NCBI GenBank assembly: GCA_951406725.2
Contig: OX597833.1
Span: forward strand, 73,408,001-73,472,000
Source of the DNA: Octopus vulgaris
Taxonomy: Eukaryota
DNA: 64,000 nt
Direction of reading: 5' to 3'
Both the position numbers and the translations under genes were made by a program. The notes under the pieces were generated by a model. That model searched no databases. It had not been told where the DNA came from and saw nothing but the letters and a program-made list of their open reading frames with translations. Shown piece after piece: positions 40,713 through 54,879 of this stretch; the stretch's first letter is position 1; each line of letters opens with the position of its first letter.

Positions 40713-41435
40713 GAAAAAGTAAAAAGAAAAAGGAGAAAGTGAGAAAACGGTGATAGTCAATTCATGCTACATGCTGATCCACTGCAAAACTTTCGATGGA
40801 TAGTTATAATATCTAGTGGTTCATTCCTATATACGGGGTGAAGGCGTGGGTTAAATACATAATAACTATATGAGCAATTTGGCTAGGTTAAAAAATAAAA
40901 TAAAAAGCAAGAGATATAATTAGAAATATCGGTAGTTATAGAACTAAATGATTTGACTATAATTTATTATTGATTGATTTCGTATGTATATTATTTATTA
41001 TTATAAGTAGGCAGTATACCTGAAAGAACTGACCAATGGTATCCTCTTACTACTGTCCAGACCAGTCCTACTCCTGACCCGGGGTTCTTTCAGGTATACT
41101 GCCTACTTATAATAATAAATAATATACATACGAAATCAATCAATAATAAATTATAGTCAAATCATTTAGTTCTATAACTACCGATATTTCTAATTATATC
41201 TCTTGCTTTTTATTTTATTTTTTAACCTAGCCAAATTGCTCATATAGTTATTATGTATTTAACCCACGCCTTCACCCCGTATATAGGAATGAACCACTAG
41301 ATATCATAACTATCCCAATTCTACCTCTAAATTCTAGTTGGTCAGTGGATCAGCATGGAGCAGCAACTGATTATCAATGTTTTCCCATTTTCTCATTTTT
41401 CTTTTTCTTTTTACTTTATTTTTATTTACTTTTCC

Positions 41436-41550
41436 GCTCTGGTGAAGTTTTGCGATTCAAATCGATAAAATTGATTACTTACAATGATAACTATTATTAT
41501 TATTGTGGTGGTTAAGCCTCGGAATCGCGCTAACAGAAACAGCTGTAAGT
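41436..41550 (+). ncRNA. hammerhead ribozyme motif, core-mutated (CTGGTGA)
   Basis: gct-CTGGTGA-...gcgattc...gaatcgc...-GAAAC-agct-GTA-agt. Confidence 0.55.
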
Positions 41551-41790
41551 TGAGATTCTGTCTTTTTGTAATTAATTAATAAATGATAATTGATGTAAAT
41601 CAGTCGTTATTCATCACCTTTATCTCCATTTTCTTCTTTTCTTGAATATTGCTAAACTTCTGTTTATTCTAGTCATTTCCTAACATTTATGAGCATTAAT
41701 ACCAATGCCTATGATTACATATTGGTAATAGACCAGTTGATTCATTGGATACATGTATCCCTTAGACGGTCGTTATAACCTCTAACTTAA

Positions 41791-41835
<45 letters not shown>

Positions 41836-41873
41836 CCTTGCTATGCTTACTTTTCTTATTCTTTTCTCTACAG

Positions 41874-41944
41874 TGTATTTAAAGTGGAAGAATTCCGGCA
41901 GGAAGTGCATAGCAGAATCTCCTCAATTGAAAAGCGACTTGAGA
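41874..41944 (+). CDS. PDE9A: PDE9A-like exon (VFKVEEFRQEVHSRISSIEKRLE)
   Basis: ctacag/gtaagt. Aligns to human [23 protein letters not shown]. Phase 2 to 1. Confidence 0.9.
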
Positions 41945-42199
41945 GTAAGTATATCTGTCAGTTTATTTTGCGTTTTAATGTGGTTGCGTTTGCAAAGATC
42001 TTTGTGCTCTAACTGGTGTATGTGATGGTCATAGTTGTGGTGGGGGGTGTCCTTTGTGTATAAGCAGACTGATCCGGTAGCTCTTATCATCGTAGACAAT
42101 CGAGCTATGATTTTGCATATCCACAGCTATAGTATAACCATAAATACATTATCCAAGATGTGACAGAAAAACCTAAGACTCACCATCCTTCAGAAATGT

Positions 42200-43030
42200 T
42201 TCAACAGTGAGCAAAGAGGCTCACTCCAATTCAAACATTATGAAGATTTCATTACCAATTGCTTAACTTCACTAGCGTGTAAAACACTTCTATTTAGTAA
42301 TAGGCTCAGCGTGGGTTAAAATGTCAGATACCGAAGAGTTGTTTGATGTATCGATTGGATCATGCGACATTGCAGATATCTGCGATCTTGTGGGTCCTTT
42401 TGTATTAAATACACTGAGATCCAATTTCCTATCCCACGTGGTTCATCAATACTGAGATTAAGTCTTGGGAATATCTTATGTCTTTGATTATCACTCTTGA
42501 TAAATTTAGGAAAATTTTTATTCCATTAAGCTCTCAAATCACCGTTACTACTAATCTGTCAAAAGTCGATTTTTTAATATGTTTCCCTAGATTTAAACAC
42601 CTGCTCTTATAAAACATATCAGACCGAGAAACTTTCATACATACATAAACAGTCCTGTCACCTCCTGTAGTTTTTAAAAATCTGATAGCTAACATTAGTA
42701 ATAGGATATTAAATCAATCTCTTCCTAAACAATTATTTGTTAAAATAGCCCCCTACTATAACAACGCCCTAGGTAACAGCGGCTTCAAGGATAAGATATT
42801 TCACTTTACTATTAACTCTTTAAGTAAAAATAAAAATTAATCTAAAAATAGACCTAAAAAGACAATTTGGTCTGCCCCTCCTTTCTCTTTAAATGTTAAG
42901 ATTAACGAAGGCAAGAACTTCCTGTTTTGGGGGGGTTTTTTGATAAATATTTCTCAATAAATCATAAATACAGGAAAATTTTTAACAGATGCTCAATTAA
43001 AATATCATACAGCTGCTGACCCAATATGGA
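42200..43030 (+). mobile_element. Penelope-like reverse transcriptase relic
   Basis: AWVKMSDTEELFDVSIGSCDIADICDLVG (FDVTMGSYDGAE motif), YIHKQSCHPP, APYYNNALGNSGF and KIFNRCSIKISYSC*PNM. Confidence 0.85.
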
Positions 43031-43059
43031 GAACCGACATTGTTAGCCATGATGGAGAT

Positions 43060-43570
43060 GTAAGTGATGCTGTGCCTGGTAAACAACATCCGCATCGGAT
43101 GAATCCTATGAAAAGTAAAACTCTGCGGAAAGAGGTGAAACATATGCTTGACAATGATATTATTGAACCCAGTGAGTTCGTGGAGTTCGCCTTGTGTACT
43201 TGTGCTGAAGAATGGTGAAGGTGGTTGGCGCTGCTGTGCCGACATAAAAGACCTCAATGCGCTCTCAAAAAATGATTCTTACCAAATTCTGAGAATGAGC
43301 GATTGCATTGACCACGTTGGTCAAGCTCAATATTCAAGGGCTTCTGGCAGATTCCACTCACAGACCGTGCGAAGAAAATATCTGCTTTTGCTACACCAGT
43401 TGGACTATATCAATACAAAGTGATGGCCATGGTCTGAAGAACGCGCCAGCAAAAGATTCCAGAGACTCGTCAACAACGTCACATCCGGTCTTGACGGTGT
43501 TGAAGCCTACATGGATGATGTCATTACTTACTCCATGGAATGGGAAGAGCGTCTGAAGAGAATTTGGTTT
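43060..43570 (+). mobile_element. Gypsy reverse transcriptase fragment
   Basis: SSWSSPCVLVLK, GFWQIPLTDRAKKISAFATPVGLYQY, GLKNAPA and AYMDDVI. Confidence 0.85.
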
Positions 43571-43599
43571 AATTTATGTTTTTGTTATAATTGGAAGAT

Positions 43600-43772
43600 T
43601 CTGTTTACTCTTTTACTTGTTTCTGTCATTTGACTGCGGCCAGACTTATTCTTTGTAAGCCTAGTACTTATTCTATCGGTCGCTTTTGCCGAACAGCTAA
43701 GTTACGGGGGTGTAAACACACCAGCATCGGTTGTTAAGCGAGGTTGGAGGGACTAACACAGACGCAGAAACA

Positions 43773-43835
<63 letters not shown>

Positions 43836-43837
43836 GT

Positions 43838-43876
<39 letters not shown>

Positions 43877-44055
43877 CATATACATATATACAACGGACTT
43901 CTTTAAGTTTCCGTCTACCAAATCCACTCACAAGGCTTTGGTCGGCCCGAGGCTATAGTAGAAGACACTTTGCCGAAGGTGCCACGCAGTGGGATTGAAC
44001 CTGGAACCATGTGGTTGGTAAGGAAGCTACTTACCACAAAGCCACTCCTGCGCCT
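43600..44055 (-). mobile_element. SINE family A, near full length with internal CA/TA microsatellite
   Basis: Minus-strand head ggcgcaggagtggctttgtggtaagtagc...ggttcaatcccactgcg and tail gccgcagtcaaatgac. Confidence 0.85.
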
Positions 44056-44310
44056 TTTATCAAAGTTATTCAAAAAAATATATTGGAGTGTATATTTTTT
44101 GTGAAACTAGGGCGGTTTTATAGGTGACTTTTTTGTCAAATTGCGCCGAAAGACTAATTTTACGGGTGGTTTACCATCCATTCGGCATATTTTTATGGCT
44201 GGTTGGCTTCAAGCTGCTAGTTTTGTGGCAGTTGATCACATTATGCTTTTGTTCATGTAATATTTTAGTATTTCTCCTTCTGTCTTCGTCTTTCTATCTC
44301 CGTGTATGAG

Positions 44311-44353
<43 letters not shown>

Positions 44354-44627
44354 TTTGTACATGTGCGTGTGTCTCTATGTGTGCGCATGCGCGCATATGT
44401 GCTTAGCTTTCTAAAAACCTTGCATTTGTTATGAGCTAATGGCAGCACCGTCCCAGATGTTGAAGTGGTCAAGTGGTATTCCACTGTGGAATTCATGCGA
44501 TATTTCTACAGACTTAGTAGTTGTGCGTAGCAGATGTTGGGGCGGCATTCAATGAGTGAGACACGTTTCTTTTTATTATTATTTTTTAACCCTAACTTTC
44601 TATCTTCTTTTCTTCTTTTTTACACAG

Positions 44628-44736
44628 TGGAGGGTCTGAAGGTTGTGGAAATTGAAAAATGTCAGCAGGATATTAAAGATATCAAGAATGAAATGTTTTC
44701 TTCTGAGAAGAAAGTCATTGATTACACTAGAATGAG
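44628..44736 (+). CDS. PDE9A: PDE9A-like exon (M-EGLKVVEIEKCQQDIKDIKNEMFSSEKKVIDYTRM)
   Basis: Long pyrimidine tract + acag / gtaagt. Matches human LEGLKVVEIEKCKSDIKK. Phase 1 to 2. Confidence 0.95.
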
Positions 44737-44773
44737 GTAAGTCATGTGTGTATGTGTTGTATATATATATATA

Positions 44774-47700
44774 CTAGCAGAGATACCCGGCGTTGCCCGG
44801 TTACATTCAATTGAAGAATTAGACTTTTCTGTTATATATATATGGATACACACACACACACATATATGTATATTAATATAAATACATGAAAGTACATGAA
44901 GTTTGTTAAAAAAAGGGAATCATGTATATACCTCCTGGCTGTTGAGATTATAACACCTCGTTGTAAACAATGTTCCTTGTTTTTCCTTGTGGAGCATATA
45001 CAAAAATGTTTCTTTTGGTTCCTACTCCTGAGCAGCCAACATACAGTTGCCCATGCGAGAAGCAGGGCTCTTCCAAGAGAAGACCAGCTACAGAGAGGGT
45101 TTGACCCTGAGATTTGTTAATGGACATGGCAAAGCTGACACGAAGGGGGAATTGCAGTCTTCTGAATGTAAATGGAATTTCTGCTCCTGATGGAGTAAGA
45201 GGAATTCTTGGAATAAAGGCGTAATCACCTTTTCCACATCAAGAAAGAATGATCGCCTCGATAACGTGTGACATCATTTTCTTTATCACCAGTCGTGTTC
45301 CATCGCAAAGTCTTGGTGGTTCCAGATTGCGGAGTAGCATTACAGGAGTTCCAACTTTAAGTGCTAATATGTGTGGAGGTAGTCCAGGAGACTCCAGTGA
45401 ATTGAGGAATTCAGGAGGAGAGTTCACAACTTCATTTATATCTGAAATTGTATCAACAGACTTGTAAGTGTGTATAGTGCCGGGAAGAGAATGCATTAGC
45501 TGTTGATTAATTTTGTTAACAGCGACGTTTTTTGGAGCTAATATTGCTCTTTCACACAGCCAATTGTGATTTTGGTAGTTTTGTGTGAAGTTGGGAAATA
45601 CTTTGTTTTTGAGGTCATCTACAGAATTAACAACAGAGGAAAATGACCACACTTCCATTTGTCCTGCAGCATCGAGAGGCATCTTGCCTTCACCAAGTGT
45701 CAAAATGTCCTGTGCAAACTTTGTGGACATTTTGTCGCCGTGTAGCTGAGCTCTCATGTTAGTGGTGAGACTGAGGAGTGTAACATGATGCCACAGGGTA
45801 GAAGACTTTAGGCATGCTTGGACTTCATCTGCTCTAGTGCCTTTCAGAATGACAGGAAGAGTTAACCTGAAATCACCTGACAACAGAAGCGTTACACCTC
45901 CCATTGGAGCCTGACAGTCTCGGATGTCTTTCAGGGCTCTATCTAATGCTTCCAAAGCTCCCTTGTGAGCCATAGTGCACTCATCCCAGACAATTAGATG
46001 ACACATTTTAAGTACTTGTCCCTGATCTGAGCATTTGTTGATGTTGCATGAAGGCATTTCGGATGCTGCTAAATTGAGAGGGAGTTTAAAAGTTGAGTGT
46101 GCTGTTCTGCCACCGGGTAACAAAGTAGCTGCAATGCCAGAGGAGGCTATAGCTTCTGCAATGTCCTGATGCTGCGTAACTTCTGCAAGGAGAAGCTTTG
46201 TAATAAATGTTTTTCCTGTCCCTCCAGGAGCATCGAGGAAGAAGATTCGTCCCTCGCGTTGGCGTACACTGTTAAGAATAGTTCTGTAGACCTGCAGGTG
46301 GTCTGGAAGTAATTTAGGCTCATTTTCAACAATGCACTTTGAAAGCGCTTGAGTGTGGTGGGTTGTTTCACGAATGACAGCAGTGGGAAGGCTATTTGAC
46401 CCTGACCTGAATGCTTGTGGCAGGCCATACGTCGACAATTCATTTCCACCCAGTTTAGCAATTCTGTTTTCAATGTCAATGAGTGTTTTGTTATAGATTT
46501 CATTGCTGATACCCTCCATGTCAGGATAGAGCAGTTGAGCCTGGCGCTGAAAGTCTTCAGCCAGGTTGTCTCTATATTTGAGCCATAGAGTGGCCGGATC
46601 ACACAGTTCGCATGCCTGTAGTAATACTGCAAATAGTGCCCTGAGACTTTTAGATGATTGTGATAAAGCAGTCTCCTCTAAAGTTGCATCCCATTGTGCA
46701 CCACCTTCTAACGGACCTTGTCGTTAGCAGGCTTCTCTGTATGGTGTGCAGACATGTCCATGAACGGTTTTTAGGGCCTGGAAAGACGTTGGCCCTCTGA
46801 CCTCATGCAGTAGTAGACGAAGGTCGAAGCACTCTTGTTGAGTGAGATGCGCTGAGTATACTCGCCCAAGGCAAGTGTGAAACTTAATGCTAGGGTATCC
46901 ATGAACATTTTGACCTGCTTTCCGTGGGGCCCATTTTTTTCCATTCCAAGTGTAGTACGATGGAATCTATGGATACAGCAAGGTTTAAGTGAATGGATCC
47001 ACTTGACAAAGCTTGAAGAATGCAGTGAGTGTGCTATCCCTTAGTTCCTCTGCCAACAGAGAAGCATTAGCATCGGTGAAGTACACTCTTTGATCATTTT
47101 CCAGGTGCACTGCAAGCCGTTGAATGGCGGGGTGTCGTTGGTGAATTGGAAAGCCAAAGATGCGCCAGAAAGCCTCGTTGCTACTTATGTACCGTCCCAC
47201 CTGATAATGCGTCACCTCATCCTGGCAGTATTCACGTTGAAGTTCAAACATTGCAGCGTCAGAACCCTTGTTTACATATTTGCAAACGTACTTGATGGAT
47301 TTAACGGAGTTGCAAAACTCAACGTTGATGTGGGCATTGAAAGTCTTTGACAGGAGTGGGCAGTATGGAACAATCCATCTATTATCAATGTCGTGCTGTC
47401 CGATAGTTGCTGTGAAACCTCCGTCTTCTGGTTTTCTGCGTCTGTATGATGGATACCCATCAGCACCTGTCTGAGTTTCTTGTAGGAACCTCCTTGGAAA
47501 TCTTTTTGAACATATGCTGTCCTTCAAGCATGGTATGTTTATGTTGAATCCACGCCCACATGGACCATGTACCATGTTTGCTTTAACTATTTCGTATAGT
47601 TCTTTGTCTAAAGCTGGATCAGGAAGCTCTGCAGAGATTATCTTGTCGATGTCATTGGAATCGATCTTCGCTGAGAGCCAAAGCAGGATATGAGCATGTG

Positions 47701-47914
47701 GAAGGCCCCTTTTTTGCCATTCGATTGTGTACATGTCACATTGTATGGGCCCAAAGACTTGCCCTTTTTGTATGAGCTCCATGAGAGAGATTAACTTCAG
47801 ATGGAAAACTCGGGCGTTGAGATTCCGGTTCGAATGTAAGGCAGGTTTGAAAGTGTTCCCAACAGTTATTAGTTGTAGTGGTAGAGTGTTTATGCCGAAT
47901 ATATACGTATGCAA

Positions 47915-47962
<48 letters not shown>

Positions 47963-49128
47963 GTATGTCTGTATATATGTACAAAATCCACTGAGAAGGC
48001 TTTTGTTGGTCTGAGGCTACAGCAGAAGACACATGCCAAGTCACCACACAGTGGGACTGAACCCAGGACCATGGGTTTGGAACATAGTTTGTTACCACAC
48101 AGCCACACCTGCCCCTATGTGTGTGTGTGTGTGTGTATGGGTAGATATATTATGCATGTATATATGTGTATATATATGTGTACATATTACATGTACATCT
48201 ATATATATACATCTACACATAAAATACAAAATACAAAGTTATATCTTGATATCGCTAGTGATAACAATACTCAAAATATATAACAGACTGGAATTGTAGG
48301 CCCGTCTCTTGCAATTTCGATCAATTGGATCTTGTCCTCCCTCTTGTATAGAAGTGTATGGCTGCAGCGAAATTCATTTTTGGACTTTCTTCTATCGAAG
48401 GCATTTTAACAAAAATGCTTCCGTAAAGACGGTGAAAATATTGTCAATTTCCCCAAACAGGGACACGATTCAATTTTTAAACAATAACCAAAGCCCCTTC
48501 TCCGAAAGGAGGAGGGTTACGGTTTACAATTATTTAACAAATGCAACACAGCAACGTTTCCCTGACGAGGAAGCAACAAACGTGATTACAATAGTCAAAC
48601 AGTAATAATAATAACAACAAATCTTTTTAATTTATCACCATTTATGTGAAGCCACTTATTCAAGTTCAAGTCATTGATGCAATTTTATACGAATTGCTAA
48701 TACACACACATAATAAGGGTGAAAAATTGAATATTAATTTGATTAATATGAATTGAAAACCAGTGGTGTAGCATATAAGACCATAGCGGATCTTCTTCTA
48801 GCAAAAAGGATGACCACTATTAATGGTTCATCCCTGTTATATAATACTTTCATTTTAATAGTTTCAGTATTAAAATGAAAGTGTCTACATTACAATAGAG
48901 AGATGTTTTTGTTTCACTTTTAACACTTAATACTGAAATAGTGGAGAAGATATGATATTGCTGTGGGGTCGCCCTAGGGAAAAAGTTAAGATTTTTTGCC
49001 GATGACACTCCCCGGACCTTAAGTAAGGCATGTGTAAAATTTGAATGAAATTGGTTGTGTAGTTCTCAAGTTTTAGGGAAACACACAGACATACAGACAG
49101 ACACACACACATTCTCAGTTTTAAGTAT
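44774..49128 (-). mobile_element. Helitron (Rep + PIF1 helicase), internally deleted and SINE-interrupted
   Basis: Rep motifs YTIEWQKRGLPHAHILLWL and KYVCKYVNKG. Helicase motifs FFLDAPGGTGKTF, IVWDECTM and FAMSINKSQGQT. The 3' end is a ccgggcaacgccggg hairpin + CTAG at 44774 in a TA run. The 5' end is approximate. Confidence 0.93.
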
Positions 49129-49129
49129 A

Positions 49130-49170
<41 letters not shown>

Positions 49171-49799
49171 TAAGTGTCCCACCGGTGAGGGAACGCTGCT
49201 AGATGTGTCGAAACAATCGTCGTGGTTTAATAAGAATTTTCGTATATTCCATCCTTCGTCTTTCATTTATTTTATATACATATATATATATATATATTAA
49301 TAGTTATCGCCATACTAATATGGCAATCTTAAAAATATAAGACTAAATATTAATTTCCAGTAACGCTGCCGTATTCTCCTTTAGAGAGACTTAGTAATTT
49401 TAATATTTCTATTATATATATATATATATATATATATACATACATACATGTGTGTGTATGTATGTGTGCATGCTTGTGCGTATGCGTATCAATATGTATA
49501 TGGGCTTGTCCACTACACTGTTTGTATTTGTACCCTTTATGTACAATAGTTTTTTGTTATTTTTTATTTTTGTTTATTTATATCAATTTCTTATATTTTA
49601 TCATAGATATGCGCATGTTTGTTTTGTGTGTGTGTGTGTGTGTATTACACTATTTGTATTTGTCTCTCCCCCCCACGCCACCTTCTGTCTTTAGTCGTTG
49701 TGTTGCGCAGTGTGGTGGTGGAGTTGTTATTGTTCCATTCGTGTTTTCTATTGCAGTTCGATTAGTTTTATTGTTATGTGTGTGACCTCTGTAATATGT

Positions 49800-50995
49800 C
49801 CAAATATCGTATTTGTTCTATACGTTGATAATAGTTAACCTCTATGTTATTAATCGAGTCTCTATGTTCTACTTGAGCAAATTAGTAGAGCACTGATGAG
49901 CTTTTCTCCTCTTTGACCTCTCACCAGTGTCCGCCTATTTGCTCCTCTATGTTGCGTGCCGTCCTTCACTACATTGCATGTTCTGCACCGTCCTTCAGTA
50001 CATCGCATGCTATAGGTTACACTTCTAATCTTACAGTTGACCTGTGGGTTCATCCTACAGACTATACAATTGCCCTCCGTATATGGAGACCTATCGAAAG
50101 GATAAGTTCTACAGATCAAGGATTTTATGGAGGTTCCAAGTTTTTCAACTGCTTTAATCCGTAAATGTACCTTATCTAATACTTCCCTAAAAAGGTATTC
50201 TAGTGTGTCCTCAGAGTTAGCATCAACGAACATGACACTGGTATATTTTGTTGTTATACCATGAGTGGGCATTATCTATCTTTTTCCTGGTCCTTTCTGT
50301 GCTTTTTCAGTATTTGCTCCACTATAGCGGACAGATCCCATTTGCATCACTCTCAGTGGTGGCCTTCTACTTAGCCTTAGACCTTATGTACACTCTAATC
50401 CTGATCCTTTGGTTGTAGCCAGAGAACTGCACACAGTGGATGAAGTGTTGCATATGTCTTTCTAATCCCACTGGGTCGCACATGCGGAGCACATTCCTCA
50501 TCACAATTACCAAGTCCGCAATTACGATATTGAAATTGGCGTTGTCTGCAATAGCTGCGTTCTTGTGGACCAGGTATTTAGAGGCCATAGCAATGAAGGA
50601 TCTGGACCTTACTATTCTAAGTTTCTAACGAGAGTTCTATGTCTAAAACTGGTAGCCCATAGTTCGAGCGCTTGCTAAGGCAGTCTATTGTTACTTTAAC
50701 ACTCTGGTGGATGGAGTTAACTATTTGTTGGATGCTCTCCATAATCCTAGCTTCTAGTTCATAGACATAGTCTTGTGGCTTTGGCCTCTTGGTTGACATC
50801 ATCCACACAGCGGAAATACATGATTAGGGTTATGGGGATCTTTGCTAATCTCTCCTTAAGTCTCCTATCCCATCGAACCATAAATATGTTAGCCACATCG
50901 CCAGATACTGACACCGATGGCTGCACCTTCCTCTTGGGCGTATATCTTATCAAACTTGAATATGTGGCCTTTATACTTGCACCCACCGCATGTGT
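49800..50995 (-). mobile_element. Penelope-like element (RT + GIY-YIG) relic
   Basis: GDVANIFMVRWD...YFRCVDDV, LPVLDIEL and VEKLGTSIKSLI...CIVC...NCKIRSVTYSMRC. Confidence 0.8.
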
Positions 50996-51453
50996 GGCCA
51001 TTTTTTTTTTTTTACCTGATCATAGTTTTCGAGATCCGTATAGCTCTGGGCTACCCGTTCTATCTCTCTGAGAGACGGTGCAGAAACAAGACAACTTACA
51101 GTCGAGTGAACTGGAGTAACATGAAATAAAGTATCTTGCTCAAGAATAAAACCCACAGCCAAGTCCGGGGAATGGAACGTACCACACACATCCTAAGCCG
51201 AGAATCGAACCTTTTACACTTTATATTCTTTTATTCTTTTTTTTTACTTGTTTCAGTCATTTGACTGCGGCCAATCTGGAGCACCGCCTTTAGTCGAACA
51301 AATCGACCCCATGACTTATTGTTTCTAAGCCTAGTACTTATTCTATTGCTCTCTTTTTGCCGAACCGCTAGATAACGTTGATGTAAACACGACGATATTG
51401 GTTGTTAAGCGACGGTGGTGGGGTCAAACACAGACACAAATAACAAATACATA

Positions 51454-51492
<39 letters not shown>

Positions 51493-52097
51493 CAGGCTTC
51501 TTTCAGTTTCTGTTTACCAAATCCACCCTCAAGGGTTTGATCGGCCCCGTGCTATGGTGGAATACACTTGCCCTAGGTGTCGCGCAGTGGGACTGAACCT
51601 GCAGCCAAGTGGATGAGAAGGAAGCTTCTTAGCACACAGCCACTGCTGCGCCTATATCTATTACGATGTATTATCAACGAATCCTTCCGAACGCATCTTC
51701 ATTCTTTTTCTGCGATATACTCTGTGATTAATATACCAAATTTATTCGGTATTCGAAACTCGGATTTACAAATTGGGACACAGGAAGCGAATTACAGCCC
51801 ATATGGATTACTTGCTCTTAACTGGACAATTTAGTTAGCAGGGTTTGATTTGTGCTAGGCACTTAAAGAAATACCATTCGCCTGGATTTATTTAATCCGT
51901 ATTTTCCTGCATGATATATATATATTCTAATATGTTGCAATTTGTTTCTTGCTTTGTTCTTTATTAAAGTACACACGCACACGCGCGCGTGCACACACTC
52001 ACACATACACGCACACAAAGATACACACACTAAATTTATATCTTTCATCACACAACAATCAATGGTGCATGCATATTGTAAACTTCTTTTCTCATAG

Positions 52098-52194
52098 GCC
52101 GGTTCTATTTCTAAATGCTGTCGATACTCTTTATAGTTCCTTAAGCGATGAGAAAAAAATCAGCCTGAAGCGAAATATACCAACTTATCCAAAG
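52098..52194 (+). CDS. PDE9A: PDE9A-like exon (PVLFLNAVDTLYSSLSDEKKISLKRNIPTYPK)
   Basis: ctcatag/gtaagt. Ends in RNIPTYPK (human RDVPTYPK). Phase 2 to 0. Confidence 0.9.
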
Positions 52195-52759
52195 GTAAGT
52201 GCTTCTACGTTGAAACTTCAAACGAACATAGATTTCTAAGGAGTAAAATCATATTTAAAGGAAATGTAAATGTTACTTCAATTATTAGTCTTTTCCGCAC
52301 GGTTCTACGTGCTGACATTGTTTTTAATTTGAACAGCTTAATAGTCTAATAAGGCGAAGAACTGCTAGAATCTTTAGCACATCGGACAAAATACTTAGCA
52401 GTATTTCTTCGCCCTGGTCAAATTTGCCTTTCATCCCTTCGGAGTCGATAGAATCTACTTGTATATATAATGTTCCCTTGAAAATAACTGGCCTTGAACC
52501 CTGCAACGGGCCGGTGTCCCGTTGCAGGGGAAATGTTTTGATTTCGGGCGTTTATATGCCATGGAAACAGTGTAACCGGCCTATACCCACATCTTCAAGT
52601 ACTTTTCTGGTGGGCTGCGGTTCATAATGGCTATGGACAACAGTTCGGCATACTTAAGTCCGGCGACGTTCTTCGTGGCCTAGTAGTGTATTTACATTCA
52701 AATCTCGTATAAAGAACCCCCGGGGCAGTTTGTGCGGCGTATTGTCTTTCCATGTACGA

Positions 52760-52836
<77 letters not shown>

Positions 52837-53083
52837 TGTGTGTGTGTGTGTGCGCGCGCGCGTGTGTGTATTAAAGTCCAAACAAAGTTAATTGAACTAT
52901 GAGAGATTACGCCACGCAGATATCTGACGTAGTGAATGATGTGTACCAAAAGTTCTTAATGAAATTAAATGTCCTTTTCTATTAGTAAAAGAAAACAAAA
53001 ACCTAACGACAATTGCCTTTAATGACTCACAAAGAAAAGGAAAGATAATTTCTTTGTTTTTCTTTCTCCCTTCTCCCCTTTTT

Positions 53084-53135
<52 letters not shown>

Positions 53136-53199
53136 TATGGGGGTTTAGTTTAAGGTGATCTAAACGATTAGATTTCTTTCCATCTCCTTATTCTTTTAC

Positions 53200-54040
53200 T
53201 CCCTTCCTCTGTGTTCCATCATTTCAACTTATCCGCAATCTCAGAATCTTTCAAGTGGCCGACAGTCAACCTCTTTGGAGGAGTAATACCTTACTTTTGG
53301 CTTTAGCATAGACTTAATCTTTTCTCTGACGAGCCTATGGCCAGCTCAGCACTCATCAGCACGCAACGAACGAATGATCGATGCACATATCATGAACATC
53401 ATGCCTATGGCTGGTAGAATAAGATGCCACTGCTTTGAACCAAAGTGCATCCATATAGTCTCAAATCTTTTGAAGCAAAATTACCCGTTACCGTTACACA
53501 TGCCATGTTTTCTTATGATGTTCCGTACCTTAAAATCCCTTCCTGTTCTTGCATTAGAATCACGAAGAATGATAGTTTTGTCAGCTTTAAGAATTTTCGG
53601 GACAAATTCTTTCAGAGACGTGTTGAAGAAAGCTTTTTCAGCTTCAGACGAACACAGTTGAAGCAAACACACCAACAAGTATTACATAGCAGTCATCGAT
53701 CAACAGAAGTTTCTATAGGGAAGGTTTTCCGGACCTGATGAGACTTTGGATGTTTTCACCACCAAAGTTACATCATATACTCTTATACTCCTCGCCTTTA
53801 CCACTCAAATAAAACGTATAGCCACTAACATGTTCCGTAAAACGACCTTCATTCACAAGCCTTGTGTCTGAGAGCGCAGCAACGTCCGAGTTGTAGGGCT
53901 GCAACTGCTTTGCTACAAATGTAGAGCTTCTTTCAGGATGTGCTATTGATTCATTATCTAGAAACATTTTCTCGCAGCCACAAGATGACGACCGAACCTA
54001 GACTGCGGTGCCTTTGGAAACATGCTGGGCCAGAGACTTT
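53200..54040 (-). mobile_element. RTE LINE AP-endonuclease relic
   Basis: PERSSTFVAKQL...DVAALSDTRL...GYTFYLSG and DKTIILRDSNARTG. Confidence 0.8.
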
Positions 54041-54196
54041 AACAATTTGTTCCAGAGCCTCTCTTGCCATTGATACAGCACCATTGTTATTATTGTCATT
54101 CGCCTTCATTGAATATGATTAACCTTTTTAGACTACGACCAACCTTTCAAATGAAGACAAAAATACATAATTGTTGTCTACATTTATTATTTCCAG

Positions 54197-54271
54197 TATA
54201 CATTGTCACAAGAGACCGTTGATTATCTGAAACAGCCAACATTTGACATTTGGTATTGGGAACCGAACGAG
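54197..54271 (+). CDS. PDE9A: PDE9A-like exon (YTLSQETVDYLKQPTFDIWYWEPNE)
   Basis: ttccag/gtaagt. Matches human [25 protein letters not shown]. Phase 0 to 0. Confidence 0.96.
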
Positions 54272-54846
54272 GTAAGTAAGCTAAATGCGAATTACTGCTT
54301 CTCGGTGTTTTATTACATTTTTTTTAATATTTTTTTCTTTTTTGTGTTCCTTCTTCCCGAGTAGCATCGTCAATCGTTAAAAACCACATCTTCAAATACG
54401 CAAAAACACACTCGCGCATATGCACATACATACGCACATGCACGCATACACACACATACAGTTGCACATGTACACTAATACATACACACACATAAATATG
54501 TACACGTAAAAATAGATGCACATAAATACACAAGATGTGTGTACATGTGCAGATAACGTATTTGTGTGTTTATGTGTGTGTGTGTAGTATTTTATTTGAT
54601 TCATTCACTGGAGTGTGGTCAAGCGGAGTACCACCTAGAAGAGTTGTGTCTGTCAAATCTACTCCAGGACTTATTTCAAGTTTGATACATCATACGTGAG
54701 TATGTGTATATGTATTACTAATAATATCAAGAAAATGTGTGATAATTGAGCTAGACGGCTTGACGGCTTATGTAATAACAACAACCCCTGTACTGAAACA
54801 CGTGTATGTTATATAATAAGACTAACAAAAATAACAATTAAATTTC

Positions 54847-54879
<33 letters not shown>

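Noticed and set aside
49175-49230. Hammerhead-like ccaccggtgag...gaaacaatcgtcgtgg (similar relics at 39985-40067 and 54790-54810)
   Set aside because: The core is multiply mutated or missing. Likely decayed pLTR relics, not called as ribozymes.
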